Shown piece after piece: positions 21,721 to 33,162 of a stretch of DNA of 64,000 bases. The notes beneath the pieces were generated by a model. It was given only the letters and a program-made list of their open reading frames with translations. It did not search any database and was not told where the DNA came from. The translations under genes and the position numbers were made by a program. Origin of the DNA: Escherichia coli (GTDB lineage Bacteria > Pseudomonadota > Gammaproteobacteria > Enterobacterales > Enterobacteriaceae). Numbering within the stretch: position 1 is the stretch's first letter; every line of letters starts with the position of its first letter. The stretch lies in NCBI RefSeq assembly GCF_003790525.1, contig NZ_CP033635.1. One strand, written 5' to 3'.

Positions 21721-24700
21721 TCAGCTAATCGTGATGCCTGCAGTGGCTTTCTTCATCACAACAACCAGCAAATCGCTGATACTTGCTGAGGGATACCAGC
21801 CATTTACCCACCATGCTGATACCGAAAACTCCAGTGTCATTACGCCACTGCCTGCAGGCATATCAATAACACCCGTGTATATCAGCGTATTATCCAGAGC
21901 CGTTCGGTTATAAATTTCAGCCCCGTTTTTCTTCACTATCAGGCGGCATGACGAATAAGGCTCCTTATCCTTCCGCGGATGTCTGGCCCCCCTGAAAGCC
22001 ACCGCTGGAATAACAATTTGCCGGTCAAACGGCTGATCGTCATAAACCCTGACGGTAATGGTCCCTGATGGCCACGTCTCCGGTGCACGGGAGTCACGGG
22101 GGAAAGCCTTACCCACTGTTTTAACGAGATCGCCTTCAATCTGGTTTGCAGACAGTTTTCCCAGAACCCGACAGTTCTCGTTAATCGTGACGTTGTTGAG
22201 CGAGCCCGAATTCGCATTCACGTTACCACTGATATCGACATTTTTCGCCGTCAGACGCCCGTCCGGTGTCAGGGAAAATGCCGGGGGATTGCCGGATGAG
22301 GTGATACTCACCGCAAACAGTCGCTTCATGAAAACATCATTCATGAACAGCTGATCACCCTGAGCCACAAACAAAGGTGTTGTATTGCCATTTTCCGGGT
22401 TAATCATCGCAATACGATCTGCCTGCATCAGGATCTGACTCTGAATTCCGTCAGACGTATTTTCGATTCCGGCACCAATACCTGCAATATAGAGACGTCC
22501 ATCCCGTGTCTGCTGCAGCTTCACAGCCCACATGCTGTTCAGGTTCCGGCGCGTGTCCTCCTGAACTTTCTGTATCTGCTCAATGCTGGCATTCCAGGAT
22601 CCCAGTTTTTTATCCGTGCTCTGTTTGATCTGACTTCCCTTATCATCAACATACTGTCTGATCTGCGCTATCTGTCGGCTGTTCTCCTCCGTGCTCCTGC
22701 TTACTGTCTGCCGGATTTCGCTTCCCATCCTGTCAACTTTTCTGTCAACTTCCGCAATGGCCATTGACTGTTCACCGCTCTTTTTCGCCACAACAGTACT
22801 TATTTGCGCACTTTTATCATCAACATACTGCCTGACCTGCGCTATCTGTCGGCTGTTCTCCTCCGTGCTCCTGCTCACTGTCTGCCGGATTTCACTGCTC
22901 ACGCTGTCAACTTTCCTGTCGACTTTCGCAATGGCCAGCGACTGTTCACCGCTCTTTTTCGCCACCAGTTCCGTTATGCTGTTTTCAGACGCCGTGATTT
23001 TTTTCGTCACCTCTGCGATATCACGCTCCGCACGCTGCCTCACATCTTTCTCCAGCTGCGTCATTTCGCGGTTAATCTCATTCTCCAGTTGCTCAACTTC
23101 AGTGCGCCGTGCAGAGGCATCAATGCGTTCATTGATCTCCCGTCCCAGATGCGTTTTATTTATCGCCCCCCTGAAAAAATTAAGGTAAGCGGCAGGATCA
23201 TTACTCGGTTGACCGACTGCCTCCACGAATGCCGATTTACCGACAGTGTTAACACTGCGGATATAAAAGTAATAATCATGGCCAGGTTTAATATTCTGGC
23301 CGGAGACAAGCCACTGACTTCCGGTACCAAGATAACGGGCTGTGGTTTCAACCTGCCTGATATCGGTAATCCGCTTTTCCGAAAACCAGAACTCAAACTG
23401 TACCGTCGGATCATAAACCGCAAGATGCGGCGTGGCGGTTATCTGAAAATAGCCCGGCGTCAGCTCAATCCGCGACGGCGCTGCCGGTGCGGCAATCCGG
23501 AACGATACCGACGCCGGGTCTCCCTGCTGCCCCCGGGAATTTACTGCCCGGACTGTCAGCCTGTAGTTCCCCGGCGCCAGCTGCCTGAAGCGGTATGTGG
23601 TTTCCGTCGTCCGGGCCGTGCTGACCAGCCGCTCACTGCCATCATCCGCGGCCACGGTCAGGCGAAGCAGGAAGCTCACGCCCTTCACCACCTTCGGCGT
23701 GTCCCAGCGGGCCAGTACCTGATACTCCCCGCTGTCTGCGGTGACTTCGACAGTCAGGTGCTGCACCGCTGGCGGCGTGACACCATTCACCGTGCCGCTC
23801 TGGTCGCCGTCAAAGTGTGCCCCGTTATCCACGATGGCCTCTTTTTCCGGTACATGCTGCACGGCAGTGATGGCATACGTGCCGTCGTCGTTCTCACGGA
23901 TACTCACGCAGCGGAACAGGCGCTGGCGCAGCGTCGGCAGCTTCAGCCCCCACACGCTGTACTCGGCAACGCCGTCAGGAACCCGGCTCACTTTTACCTT
24001 CACGCCGTCGGTGACGGACTGAACCTCCACGCTGACCGGATTGCCACTTCCGTCAACCAGGCTTATCAGCGTGGTACCGGAGGATGGCAGCTTGATTTCA
24101 CGGTCGAGCGTCAGCGTCCGGGTCTGGCTGTTCACCGTCAGCACACGACCACCGGTGCTGATACCGGCATAGTCATCATCACAGATTTCAATGACATCGC
24201 CCGGTACATGGCGAAGCCCTTCAGCACCCACGCTGAAATCCACGGTCTGCGTCTCCAGCAGTTCTGTTTTAATCAGCCACAGCCCGGCGCGGTGTGCCTG
24301 CCCCCGACTGGTACAACCAAAGGCATCCATCTTCGTGACATTACGACCGTAACGGGCAATGGCCTGCGTATCTTCAACAAGCTCTGTCGCCGTCTCCTGG
24401 CCGTTATCCGGGTCACTCCAGTTCACCTCAACGGCATTATGGCGGTCCTTCAGGGCGCTGAAGCTGTAGCGGAACGGCGCGCCATCATCCGGCATCACCA
24501 CATTACTGCGGTTATAGGTCCACACCTTATCCGACTGTCGGTCCTGCACGAACGTCAGCGTCTGCCCGTTCCATACCGGCATACAGCGCATCGCCGAGCA
24601 GAAATCACTGAGCACATCCCACGCCTTACGCTGCCTGGTCAGCCAGGCATTACAGGTGATGCGCGGCTCCGTGCCACCAGAGCCGTCCGGCACCGACTGG

Positions 24701-25626
24701 TCGCAGTACTGGCCGATGACATACAGCGCCCATTTGTCCACATCCGCTGCGCCAACACGTTTCCCCATGCCGTAGCGCGGGTGGGTCAGCATATCCCACA
24801 GACACCAGGCCGGGTTATCGCTGTATGCCGGTTTAAACGTTCCGTCCCAGATACCGCTGTATTGCCGCGTCTGCGGGTTATAATTCGACGGCACCTGCAG
24901 AATGCGCCCGCGAAAATGATAATTACGGCTCACCTGCTGGCTGCCGAACTGCTCCGAATCCACCTGCACACCGACCAGTGCCGTGTTCGGGTAGCACTGT
25001 TTCACATCGATGATTTCGGTGTATGACGACCAGAGCGTTTTGTTCTGCAGCTGGTCTGTGGTGCTGTCCGGCGTCATCCTGCGCATCCGGATACTGAACG
25101 GGCGCGGCGGCAGGTTACCCACCACCACCGAGGCCAGATACTGCGAGGTGGTTTTGCCCTTAATGGTGATGTCTTTTTCCGTTAACCAGCGGCCGTTACG
25201 CTGTATCTGAACCAGCAGGCGGACTTCCGACGGATTCCGGTCCCCCTTTGAGGTGGTTTCCACCAGTGCCTGCACACCGAAGGTCAGGCGCAGACGGTCG
25301 ATGTTTGCCGACGTGATGGTCCGGGTAATCGGCGTGTCGTACTTCACTTCCGTACCCAGCACCGTCTCGGAGCCGGAGGATTCAAATCCCTCCGGCGGTG
25401 TCTGCTCCTGCTCACCGGCACGGAACACCACCGTGACGCCGGAGATGTTGGTATTCCCCTCACTGTCCAGCACCGGCGTACCGTTCAGCAGCACGCTTTT
25501 TAATCCATCCACCGGTCCTTGTATCGGCCCTTCGCTGATGACATCGATCACACTCAGCAACTGCGTGGATTTCAGATTGTCCTTCGCTTCGCGCGGGGTA
25601 TGCCCCTTACTGCTGCCTTTACCCAT
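21721..25626 (-). CDS. central tail fibre / host specificity protein J
   Basis: 1301-aa; N-terminus [52 protein letters not shown] matches lambda J; contains an internal 58-aa duplication. Confidence 0.9.
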   Translation of the reverse strand: MGKGSSKGHTPREAKDNLKSTQLLSVIDVISEGPIQGPVDGLKSVLLNGTPVLDSEGNTNISGVTVVFRAGEQEQTPPEGFESSGSETVLGTEVKYDTPITRTITSANIDRLRLTFGVQALVETTSKGDRNPSEVRLLVQIQRNGRWLTEKDITIKGKTTSQYLASVVVGNLPPRPFSIRMRRMTPDSTTDQLQNKTLWSSYTEIIDVKQCYPNTALVGVQVDSEQFGSQQVSRNYHFRGRILQVPSNYNPQTRQYSGIWDGTFKPAYSDNPAWCLWDMLTHPRYGMGKRVGAADVDKWALYVIGQYCDQSVPDGSGGTEPRITCNAWLTRQRKAWDVLSDFCSAMRCMPVWNGQTLTFVQDRQSDKVWTYNRSNVVMPDDGAPFRYSFSALKDRHNAVEVNWSDPDNGQETATELVEDTQAIARYGRNVTKMDAFGCTSRGQAHRAGLWLIKTELLETQTVDFSVGAEGLRHVPGDVIEICDDDYAGISTGGRVLTVNSQTRTLTLDREIKLPSSGTTLISLVDGSGNPVSVEVQSVTDGVKVKVSRVPDGVAEYSVWGLKLPTLRQRLFRCVSIRENDDGTYAITAVQHVPEKEAIVDNGAHFDGDQSGTVNGVTPPAVQHLTVEVTADSGEYQVLARWDTPKVVKGVSFLLRLTVAADDGSERLVSTARTTETTYRFRQLAPGNYRLTVRAVNSRGQQGDPASVSFRIAAPAAPSRIELTPGYFQITATPHLAVYDPTVQFEFWFSEKRITDIRQVETTARYLGTGSQWLVSGQNIKPGHDYYFYIRSVNTVGKSAFVEAVGQPSNDPAAYLNFFRGAINKTHLGREINERIDASARRTEVEQLENEINREMTQLEKDVRQRAERDIAEVTKKITASENSITELVAKKSGEQSLAIAKVDRKVDSVSSEIRQTVSRSTEENSRQIAQVRQYVDDKSAQISTVVAKKSGEQSMAIAEVDRKVDRMGSEIRQTVSRSTEENSRQIAQIRQYVDDKGSQIKQSTDKKLGSWNASIEQIQKVQEDTRRNLNSMWAVKLQQTRDGRLYIAGIGAGIENTSDGIQSQILMQADRIAMINPENGNTTPLFVAQGDQLFMNDVFMKRLFAVSITSSGNPPAFSLTPDGRLTAKNVDISGNVNANSGSLNNVTINENCRVLGKLSANQIEGDLVKTVGKAFPRDSRAPETWPSGTITVRVYDDQPFDRQIVIPAVAFRGARHPRKDKEPYSSCRLIVKKNGAEIYNRTALDNTLIYTGVIDMPAGSGVMTLEFSVSAWWVNGWYPSASISDLLVVVMKKATAGITIS
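22630..22980. repeat. two copies of a ~174-bp repeat inside J
   Basis: tatcatcaacatactg...ctgcgctatctgtcggctgttctcctccgtgctcctgct recurs at 22641 and 22815. Confidence 0.8.
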
Positions 25627-25686
25627 TCGTCATGCTCCATAAACGACAAAACCGCCCGGAGGCGGTTTCACATAAAACATTTTGCA

Positions 25687-26358
25687 TCAGCGACCAATCA
25701 CCACAACCCGGACGCCATCCCCCTCATCCGCTGTGCTGATCTCCTGCGAAATTACCCGTGACCCCACGCGCATTTCACCGTACAGAACGGGCAGAGCATT
25801 CCCCTGGGCAACCATGTTATCCAGTGAGGAGAAATAGGTGTTTTGTTTGCCGTTATCCGTTGTCTGTGTACGGGGAGTTCTGGCTTTCGGTGCCAGCATC
25901 TGCGCCACACCACCGAGCACCATACTGGCACCGAGAGAAAACAGGATGCCGGTCATACCACCGGCCCCAATGGCTGCCCCCCATGCTGCAAGGGTGGCTC
26001 CGGCGGTAAAGAATGATCCGGCAATGGCGGCAGCTCCCAGGACAATCTGGAATACGCCACCTGACTTGGCTCCGGCGACTCTGGGAACAATATGAATCAC
26101 AGCGCCGTCAGGCAGAGTCTCATGTAACTGCGCCGTTAACCCGCACGTGCTGACGTCCCGCCCGGCAATCCGTACCTGATACCAGCCGTCGCTCAGTTTC
26201 TGACGAAACGCCGGGAGCTGTGTGGCCAGCGCCCGAATGGCTTCAGCCCCCGTTTTCACACGAAGGTCGATGCGGCGGCCAAATCGTTGCAAATCCCCGT
26301 AAAGGCAGATGCGTGCCATGCCCGGTGACGCCAGAGGGAGTGTGTGCGTCGCTGCCAT
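25687..26358 (-). CDS. tail assembly protein I
   Basis: 223-aa MAATHTLPLASPGMARICLYGDLQRFGRRIDLRV..., lambda I-like. Confidence 0.9.
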   Translation of the reverse strand: MAATHTLPLASPGMARICLYGDLQRFGRRIDLRVKTGAEAIRALATQLPAFRQKLSDGWYQVRIAGRDVSTCGLTAQLHETLPDGAVIHIVPRVAGAKSGGVFQIVLGAAAIAGSFFTAGATLAAWGAAIGAGGMTGILFSLGASMVLGGVAQMLAPKARTPRTQTTDNGKQNTYFSSLDNMVAQGNALPVLYGEMRVGSRVISQEISTADEGDGVRVVVIGR

Positions 26359-26999
26359 TTGTCGGTATACCTCTCTCGTTTGCTCAGTTGTTCAGGAATA
26401 TGGTGCAGCAGCCCGCCGTCGCCGCAGTAAATGGCGGCATGATTCGGCACCGATGAACCAAAACAGCACAGCAGCACGTCGCCGGGCTGCGCCTCTGTCA
26501 GTGCGACACGGTAAAAACCAGTCGCCTCCATATTGTCAAGATAGAGATTCTGACCGTGACGCCACCAGTCATCCCCGCGATGAAAATCCGGCATCTCAAT
26601 CCCCGCCAGATGATAAGCATCCCGGAACAGCGTGTAACAGTCCGTCACCCCGTGCTCAAAACGCCGCCCGGTGAGATGCGGCACACAGCGGAACTTGTGA
26701 ATCGTCCCCCGGCAGACCAGCCACCACGGCAAATCACTCTGCACCTGCAGCCGCCGGTCGGCCTCACTCAGCCAGGGCAGACCACCGGGGTGGCTGTGGA
26801 CCAGCGCCACAATCTCACCCTGCATTTCTGCCCGCAGCCAGTCCTCCGGAGCCATCCGGAAATACGCCTCCGGCTCACCGGAGATATTCACGCAGGGAAA
26901 ATATCTTTCCCCCTCCGGCGTTCTCACCACGAAGCCGCACGACTCCGCTGGCGCACATCGCCGGGCGTGCGCCAGAATCGCTGATTCTGTCTCTGTCAT
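26256..26999 (-). CDS. tail assembly protein K (JAB/MPN + NlpC/P60)
   Basis: MTETESAILAHARRCAPAESCGFVV...HSHPGG motif; start taken at 26999 (ORF track start 27041 is probably too far upstream); 3' end overlaps I as in lambda. Confidence 0.85.
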   Translation of the reverse strand: MTETESAILAHARRCAPAESCGFVVRTPEGERYFPCVNISGEPEAYFRMAPEDWLRAEMQGEIVALVHSHPGGLPWLSEADRRLQVQSDLPWWLVCRGTIHKFRCVPHLTGRRFEHGVTDCYTLFRDAYHLAGIEMPDFHRGDDWWRHGQNLYLDNMEATGFYRVALTEAQPGDVLLCCFGSSVPNHAAIYCGDGGLLHHIPEQLSKRERYTDKWQRRTHSLWRHRAWHASAFTGICNDLAAASTFV

Positions 27000-27003
27000 G
27001 GAA

Positions 27004-27702
27004 TTACTGCGAAAGTTTGTGAATGGAAAGGAAGCCGCCAAAGTTGCCGACGTTATTGCGAAACTTACAGCCGCTCAGGCATTTGCTGCATTTATCCTTC
27101 GTGATATCGGACGTCGGCTGATCATATTCATCCGCGACCGCCGGACCGCTATAACCGCACTCATCGCCGCGATAGGTCCAGGTGCAGGTGTTGGCCAGCA
27201 TGATACGTCCCGGAAAAACAGCGCCGTCCGTTTCCGTCGGCGTGGCCAGTACAAAGGTCGCGCTGACCGCTGTCAAATCACTGCACTGCTCGATGCGCCA
27301 GCGGCTGATAACCTCCTGCTCCGGATCGGCGTCACTGTTTCCGTTGACGAAGTTCACCGCATCCAGAAAACGGGCATAAACTTTACGCCGGACCACCGTT
27401 CCGCCGACCAGACTCTGCATATCTTCCACCATACCGGTGACCATACCGTACAGGTTAGAAACCGTCAGCGTGGGGCGCGTACTGGTGCCTTTGCCATTCA
27501 GTTCAAAACCACTCCCCTGAATGGGATACGGCTGATACTGTCGCACCTGCCAGGTGACCGGCTCACCTTTTTCGTTCTGCTCATTACAGAAAAAATAACG
27601 TTCTCCACCGACCTCTGTCAGATCGATTTCCCAGAGCACCACGCTGGCCGACTGCTCCGCACGGGTGCATTCATTCAGTGTTTCCTGCCGGATATCCTGC
27701 AT
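27004..27702 (-). CDS. minor tail protein L
   Basis: 232-aa, lambda L-like, C-terminal Cys cluster. Confidence 0.9.
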   Translation of the reverse strand: MQDIRQETLNECTRAEQSASVVLWEIDLTEVGGERYFFCNEQNEKGEPVTWQVRQYQPYPIQGSGFELNGKGTSTRPTLTVSNLYGMVTGMVEDMQSLVGGTVVRRKVYARFLDAVNFVNGNSDADPEQEVISRWRIEQCSDLTAVSATFVLATPTETDGAVFPGRIMLANTCTWTYRGDECGYSGPAVADEYDQPTSDITKDKCSKCLSGCKFRNNVGNFGGFLSIHKLSQ

Positions 27703-28031
27703 CAGTTCACCACCTGTTCAAACTCTGCGCTGAACTCAACACGCAGCATACTGACCCGCGACGACCATTTTGCGCAGGTCACCTTTATCTGCCGCCACTC
27801 ATAAGGCGGCGTCCACAGAAAGGCCTTCCAGCCCCCGTGCTCAGCCAGAAACGACTCCAGCGCCGTGGCCTCCTCACGGGAGACAGACAGCGTCACGCTG
27901 TACGTTTTCAGGTCGGCATTCAGACCGGCAGGCGCTCGCTGGGAATAGCCATCACCAAAGCGCACTTTCCTGACGGAAGGGGCCGAAGCCACATCCATAC
28001 CGGGTTTCACTTTCCAGCGGAAGGTCTTCAT
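27702..28031 (-). CDS. minor tail protein M
   Basis: 109-aa, lambda M-like. Confidence 0.9.
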   Translation of the reverse strand: MKTFRWKVKPGMDVASAPSVRKVRFGDGYSQRAPAGLNADLKTYSVTLSVSREEATALESFLAEHGGWKAFLWTPPYEWRQIKVTCAKWSSRVSMLRVEFSAEFEQVVN

Positions 28032-30589
28032 CGTCCACCTCCGGAGAACAGGCCACCATCACGCATCTGTGTCTGAATTTCATCACGGGCACCCTTGCGG
28101 GCCATGTCATACACCGCCTTCAGAGCAGCCGGACCTATCTGCCCGTTCGTGCCGTCGTTGTTAATCACCACATGGTTATTCTGCTCAAACGTCCCGGACG
28201 CCTGCGACCGGCTGTCTGCCATGCTGCCCGGTGTACCGACATAACCGCCGGTGGCATAGCCGCGCATCAGCCGGTAGAGATTCCCCACGCCAATCCGGCT
28301 GGTTGCCTCCTTCGTGAAGACAAACTCACCACGGTGAACAATCCCCGCTGGCTCATATTTGCCGCCGGTTCCTGTGAATCCTCCGGTTGAAAAATGGAAT
28401 TTCGCCGCAGCGGCCTGAATGGCTGTACCGCCTGACACTGATGCGCCACCACCGGCAGCACCGCCAATGGCGCTGCCGATACTCCCGACAATCCCCACCA
28501 TTGCCTGCTTAAGCAGAATTTCTGTCATCATGGACAGCACGGAACGGGTGAAGCTGCGCCAGTTCTGCTCACTGCCGGTCAGCATCGCCGCCATATTCTG
28601 TGCAATTCCATCAAAGGTCTGCGTGGCTGCACTTTTAACCTGCGACATACTGTCCGTGGCGCTCTCTTCCCACTCACTCCAGCCGGACTTCAGGCCAGCC
28701 ATCCAGCTCCCGCGAAGCAGGTCTTCAGCCGCCCAGGTCTTTTTCTGCTCTGACATGACGTTATTCAGCGCCAGCGGATTATCGCCATACTGTTCCTTCA
28801 GACGCTGTTCTGTGGCTTCCCGCGCTGCCTGCCGGTCAGTCAGCCCCCGGTTTTTCGCATCAATGGCGGCCCGTTTTGCCCGTTGCTGCTGTGCGAATTT
28901 CTCCGCCTGCTGCGCCAGCGCGTTCAGGCGCTCCTGATACGTAACCTTGTCGCCAAGTGCAGCCAGCTGGCGTTTGTACTCCAGCGTCTCATCTTTATGC
29001 GCCAGCAGGGATTTCTCCTGTGCAGACAGCTGGCGACGTTGTGCCGCCTCCTCCAGTACCGCGAACTGACTCTCCGCCTTCCACAAATCCCGGCGCTGCT
29101 GGCTGATTTTCTCATTCGCTCCGGCATGCTTCTCCAGCATCCGGAGTTCTGCCTGAAGCGTCAGCAGGGCCGCATGAGCACTGTCTTCCTGACGATCGCC
29201 CGCAGACACCTTCACGCCGGACTGTTTCGGCTTTTTCAGCGTCGCTTCATAATCCTTTTTCGCCGCCGCCATCAGCGTGTTGTAATCTGCCTGCAGGATT
29301 TTCCCGTCTTTCAGTGCCTTGTTCAGTTCTTCCTGACGGGCGGTATATTTCTCCAGCGGCGTCTGCAGCCGTTCGTAAGCCTTCTGCGCCTCTTCGGTAT
29401 ATTTCAGCCGTGACGCTTCGGTATCGCTCTGCTGCTGCGCATTTTTGTCCTGTTGACTCTGCTGCTCAGCCTTCTTTCGGGCGGCCTCAAGCGCAAGACG
29501 GGCCTTTTCACGATCATCCCAGTAACGCGCCCGCGCTTCATCGTTAACAAAATAATCATCCTTGCGCAGATTCCAGATGTCGTCCGCTTTCTTAAACGCA
29601 GCCTCTGCCTTAATCAGCATCTCCTGAGCGGTATCAGGACGACCAATATCCAGCACCGCATCCCACATGGATTTGAATGCCCGCGCTGTCCTGTCTGCCC
29701 AGGTCTCCAGCGTGCCCATGTTCTCTTTCAGGCGGCGGGTCTGGTCATCAAACCCTTTCGTTGCGGCCTCGTTCGCCGCCTGCAATGCCCCTGCCTCATC
29801 GCCGGAACGCTGCAACTGAGCAACATACGCAATCTGCTCCGCCGTCACGTTATGGAACTGACGTGCCATCGCTGTCAGTCCCGACGTCGGGTCTGTGGTC
29901 AGCTTCCCGAAGGCTTCAGCGACCTTGTCCACCTCCACGCCGGATGCAGAGGAGAAACGCGCCACACTCTGGCTGATGGACGCAATCTGAGCCTCACCGC
30001 TTACCCCCGCCTTAACCAGTGCACTGAGTGACTCGCTGGTCTGGTTAAACGTCAGCCCTGCCGCCTGCCCGGCTCTGGACAGGACCAGCATACGATCTGC
30101 CGTCAGTCCCGCCTGATTGCCGGAAAGGACCAGCGTTTTGTTGAAATCGGACAGGGTTGAGTTGCCCTGATACCAGGCATACGCCAGCGCACCGGTTGCC
30201 ACCGCCAGCGAGGTGGCCCCGACCATCGGCAGGGTGATCGCACCGGCAAGCCCCCTGAACATGGGGATCATCCCGCCGAAGGAGTCCTTCACCTGACCAC
30301 CCTGTTGCAGCAGGATCAGCCACGGGTTCTGCCCGCCTGCAAGCTGCGTGGCCACGTCAGTGAACTGTGCAGGCAGCATACGCATGGCGGCTTTATACTG
30401 CCCGACGGAAATCCCCGCTTTCTGTGCAGCCAGCGCCTGTCGGCTCAGCGACTGTTCAACGACTGCCGCTGTTTTTTTCGCATCACTTTCCGTACCGGAA
30501 AAATGACGCCTGACTCTGGCCATCTGCTCGTCAAATCTGGCCGCATCCAGACTTAAATCAACGACCAGATCGCCTACCGGTTCAGCCAT
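28028..30589 (-). CDS. tail tape measure protein H
   Basis: 853-aa, coiled-coil rich, same length as lambda H. Confidence 0.9.
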   Translation of the reverse strand: MAEPVGDLVVDLSLDAARFDEQMARVRRHFSGTESDAKKTAAVVEQSLSRQALAAQKAGISVGQYKAAMRMLPAQFTDVATQLAGGQNPWLILLQQGGQVKDSFGGMIPMFRGLAGAITLPMVGATSLAVATGALAYAWYQGNSTLSDFNKTLVLSGNQAGLTADRMLVLSRAGQAAGLTFNQTSESLSALVKAGVSGEAQIASISQSVARFSSASGVEVDKVAEAFGKLTTDPTSGLTAMARQFHNVTAEQIAYVAQLQRSGDEAGALQAANEAATKGFDDQTRRLKENMGTLETWADRTARAFKSMWDAVLDIGRPDTAQEMLIKAEAAFKKADDIWNLRKDDYFVNDEARARYWDDREKARLALEAARKKAEQQSQQDKNAQQQSDTEASRLKYTEEAQKAYERLQTPLEKYTARQEELNKALKDGKILQADYNTLMAAAKKDYEATLKKPKQSGVKVSAGDRQEDSAHAALLTLQAELRMLEKHAGANEKISQQRRDLWKAESQFAVLEEAAQRRQLSAQEKSLLAHKDETLEYKRQLAALGDKVTYQERLNALAQQAEKFAQQQRAKRAAIDAKNRGLTDRQAAREATEQRLKEQYGDNPLALNNVMSEQKKTWAAEDLLRGSWMAGLKSGWSEWEESATDSMSQVKSAATQTFDGIAQNMAAMLTGSEQNWRSFTRSVLSMMTEILLKQAMVGIVGSIGSAIGGAAGGGASVSGGTAIQAAAAKFHFSTGGFTGTGGKYEPAGIVHRGEFVFTKEATSRIGVGNLYRLMRGYATGGYVGTPGSMADSRSQASGTFEQNNHVVINNDGTNGQIGPAALKAVYDMARKGARDEIQTQMRDGGLFSGGGR

Positions 30590-31016
30590 ACCGGACTCCT
30601 CCTGCGATCCCTTCTGATACTGTCATCAGCATTACGTCATCCTCCGTCATGTCCGCCACATCCGGGGATGCAGGGATAACTTCATTCCCGTCCGGGCCAA
30701 AGCGGACGCCTCCGGCAAGCCCTGCCGCTTTCTGCATCAGCACATCATCTTCAGGCTCTTCGTCAGCCTCGCGCCGGTTCAGCAGACTGAAATCCAGCGG
30801 ATGCATATCCGGATCGCTGAAAAACAGGCTGAGCACGGTGTACGTCAGCCCGGAAAAGTGCATATCCAGCAGAACATCATGAAAATAATGGGTACTGTAA
30901 AAGCGGTGCCAGTCGGCATACTCCGTGGATGACATCCCGGCAAGCATGGCACGCCAGTCGGGTCGCCCCATCTCACGCGCCAGTTTCAGGGCAAAACTCA
31001 GCTCACCGTCGAACAC
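30582..31016 (-). CDS. T reading frame of the G-T tail assembly chaperone, expressed by -1 frameshift from G
   Basis: ORF in the -1 frame relative to G, beginning immediately 3' of the slippery heptamer; lambda GT-like. Confidence 0.75.
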   Translation of the reverse strand: MFDGELSFALKLAREMGRPDWRAMLAGMSSTEYADWHRFYSTHYFHDVLLDMHFSGLTYTVLSLFFSDPDMHPLDFSLLNRREADEEPEDDVLMQKAAGLAGGVRFGPDGNEVIPASPDVADMTEDDVMLMTVSEGIAGGVRYG

Positions 31017-31420
31017 TTTCCCGCAGAAACAGGCTCTGCAGGCCCGGCGTCCTCTGTCTGTTCAGGGGTATTATTCACAACAAACTCATACATACCGGAC
31101 AGCCGGTACACCACGTTTTCAGCATGAGAAATTGCCTCCGTGGGCCAGGTGGTAAGCACTTCCTGCTCAATCTGTTTAACGGCTTCATTCATGGAAGGCT
31201 GCTTTGTCTTCTGCGGATGGTTATGCCACAGGGACATCGCCACCACAAAAGCGCCGGTTTTGATAAGGTCTGCCAAAGCAACCTGTCGGTTGCTGTCGGA
31301 GTCCGCCTGTTCTGCCTGTTGTTTCATCAGAAAAAGATGCTCAATACGCTGCAGGGCTGACAGTTCAGAAAGCGTGACGGTCACGCCGTTATGTTCAAAT
31401 GATTCGGTTTTCAGGAACAT
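30998..31420 (-). CDS. tail assembly chaperone G
   Basis: 140-aa MFLKTESFEHNGVTVTLSELSALQRIEHL..., lambda G-like. Confidence 0.9.
   Translation of the reverse strand: MFLKTESFEHNGVTVTLSELSALQRIEHLFLMKQQAEQADSDSNRQVALADLIKTGAFVVAMSLWHNHPQKTKQPSMNEAVKQIEQEVLTTWPTEAISHAENVVYRLSGMYEFVVNNTPEQTEDAGPAEPVSAGKCSTVS
31016..31022 (-). promoter_or_regulatory. programmed -1 ribosomal frameshift slippery heptamer GGGAAAG (G to G-T)
   Basis: Minus strand reads GCG GGA AAG TGT in the G frame, identical to the lambda G-T slip site, 6 codons before the G stop. Confidence 0.7.
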
Positions 31421-31435
31421 CGCTGACTCTCCGGA

Positions 31436-32176
31436 TTAACTGGCGGTGACGTTGATTTCTGCAACCGCAGCAAGTTCACCATTACCGGATACGACCGGAA
31501 TGTTGACCCTGCCTGCAGCAACGCCCTTCACGGTGATGGTCATACCACTGACCGACACGGTGGCTTTTGTTTTATCCGCAGACACCGCACGGAAGCTCTT
31601 GTCAGTTGCGCCTTCCGGCTGGAATGCCACGGTCAGCGTGGTGCTCTGCCCTTTCACCACCGAGGTGCTGGCAGGCGTCACGGTCATGCCGGTTGCCGCT
31701 GTTAGCGTGCTGCGATCTTCTGCCATCGACGGACGTCCCACGTTGGTGACTTTCACCGTGCGGGTGATCACTTCCTTCGCTGTCACCGCCTTACCGATGC
31801 TGCTGACCCAGCCGCGGAACACATCGACCGTGCCGTTCGGGAAGCGGATTTTATAGGCACGGGTATCACCTTCATTAAACCACGCCAGCAGCGCCTGCTG
31901 CCCCTGCTCTCCGGGCATCCACGCCAGCGTGAAGCTGGTATCTCCGGCGGATTTCTGCCCCTGTCCGGTCGCGGCCCAGTCCGAATCTTCATCATCGAGA
32001 TAACTGTCGTCATAGGGCTCAGCGGTCAGTTCGCCGGGCGTCAGGTCTTTAACTTTAGCCAGACGCGACCAGTCATTGTCTGAAAGCGGGTTCGCATAAG
32101 GGTCACCGTTCCCCTTATAAACCCACAGGGTGGTCCCGGCCCCTTTCACCGGTGCCAGAGGATTTGGTGTTGGCAT
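31436..32176 (-). CDS. major tail protein V (with C-terminal Ig-like domain)
   Basis: [22 protein letters not shown]... lambda V-like; start taken at 32176 rather than track start 32206. Confidence 0.9.
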   Translation of the reverse strand: MPTPNPLAPVKGAGTTLWVYKGNGDPYANPLSDNDWSRLAKVKDLTPGELTAEPYDDSYLDDEDSDWAATGQGQKSAGDTSFTLAWMPGEQGQQALLAWFNEGDTRAYKIRFPNGTVDVFRGWVSSIGKAVTAKEVITRTVKVTNVGRPSMAEDRSTLTAATGMTVTPASTSVVKGQSTTLTVAFQPEGATDKSFRAVSADKTKATVSVSGMTITVKGVAAGRVNIPVVSGNGELAAVAEINVTAS

Positions 32177-32183
32177 ATCGTCC

Positions 32184-32579
32184 TCACATTTCATAGGTAA
32201 TGACATAAGTCAGATCGGCTGAACTCCACAGGCCCGCATCATCGTCGCGCCGGTAGTCATAGCCACTGGCCACCATACTGGTGATCAAATCTGACAGTGC
32301 CGGGATATCGCTCATCACCGGATAAATCCGGGACTCCATCCACGAATCCAGCTCTGAATCCGGCACCTGAGCAGGCAGGAAAACTTCAATATGCAGCTCC
32401 GCCTGCCAGGTATCGCTGTCCAGCTCTTCGCCCGTGTATTCAGCGCCGGTGAGATAAACGGCAACTGCCGGAAAATCCGCCTCATCAAAAACAGCGGGGC
32501 GACCATCAAAAAGCGTCGCCCCGGTGTCATGTTTTTCCAGTGCATCCAGTACGGCTGTACGGAGTTCAGTATTTTTCAT
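32184..32579 (-). CDS. tail terminator protein U
   Basis: 131-aa, lambda U-like. Confidence 0.9.
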   Translation of the reverse strand: MKNTELRTAVLDALEKHDTGATLFDGRPAVFDEADFPAVAVYLTGAEYTGEELDSDTWQAELHIEVFLPAQVPDSELDSWMESRIYPVMSDIPALSDLITSMVASGYDYRRDDDAGLWSSADLTYVITYEM

Positions 32580-33151
32580 CGCTTTATCACAATCCTCAGT
32601 TGTTGTTTCAGCGCATAGCTCAGTTCTTTTGGCAGACGTTCGCGTCGGATACGGTTAACGTTCTCATCAAAAGCCTGTTTCAGTGGGGCCGACATCGGAA
32701 TTTTCACCACCTGAATGGGAAGACGATTACGCTTTTTCCTTCCCTTATCGTCATTGCCCTTCGCATACCTGGCTTCTGGCAGACGTTGCATAACATGCCA
32801 GCGCCCATTATTCAGTCGCTGGATGAATGCCCGCTGATAACGATGCTGACCGGCTTTGAGTATGCTGTTCGGGCGATGACCAAGCATCCTGATCCCCAGC
32901 TTAATAGCAGGGAGATCACCTCGGTTAACGATAATTTTTGCATTCGGATTTCTGACCGTAGCCCGTTTCAGTCTGGATCGCTGTTTAACCAGTTTTCTCG
33001 GCACCCGGGTTTCACGGGCGACCTGAGACGAAGACTGATTAATCGCCGTTGTGGCCACGCGGTTAATGGCCATTGCTGACGCACCGGGCACCGCCGTTCT
33101 GCTGATACGACTGAGGTTTTCAACGGCCTGCTCAAGACCCTGTATGGCCAT
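32576..33151 (-). CDS. tail completion protein Z
   Basis: 191-aa, lambda Z-like. Confidence 0.9.
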   Translation of the reverse strand: MAIQGLEQAVENLSRISRTAVPGASAMAINRVATTAINQSSSQVARETRVPRKLVKQRSRLKRATVRNPNAKIIVNRGDLPAIKLGIRMLGHRPNSILKAGQHRYQRAFIQRLNNGRWHVMQRLPEARYAKGNDDKGRKKRNRLPIQVVKIPMSAPLKQAFDENVNRIRRERLPKELSYALKQQLRIVIKR

Positions 33152-33162
33152 ACATCCCCCTT

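Noticed and set aside
22804-25026. 740-aa plus-strand ORF
   Set aside because: Entirely antisense to the well-supported J gene; Arg/His-rich low-complexity translation typical of a GC-rich antisense frame.
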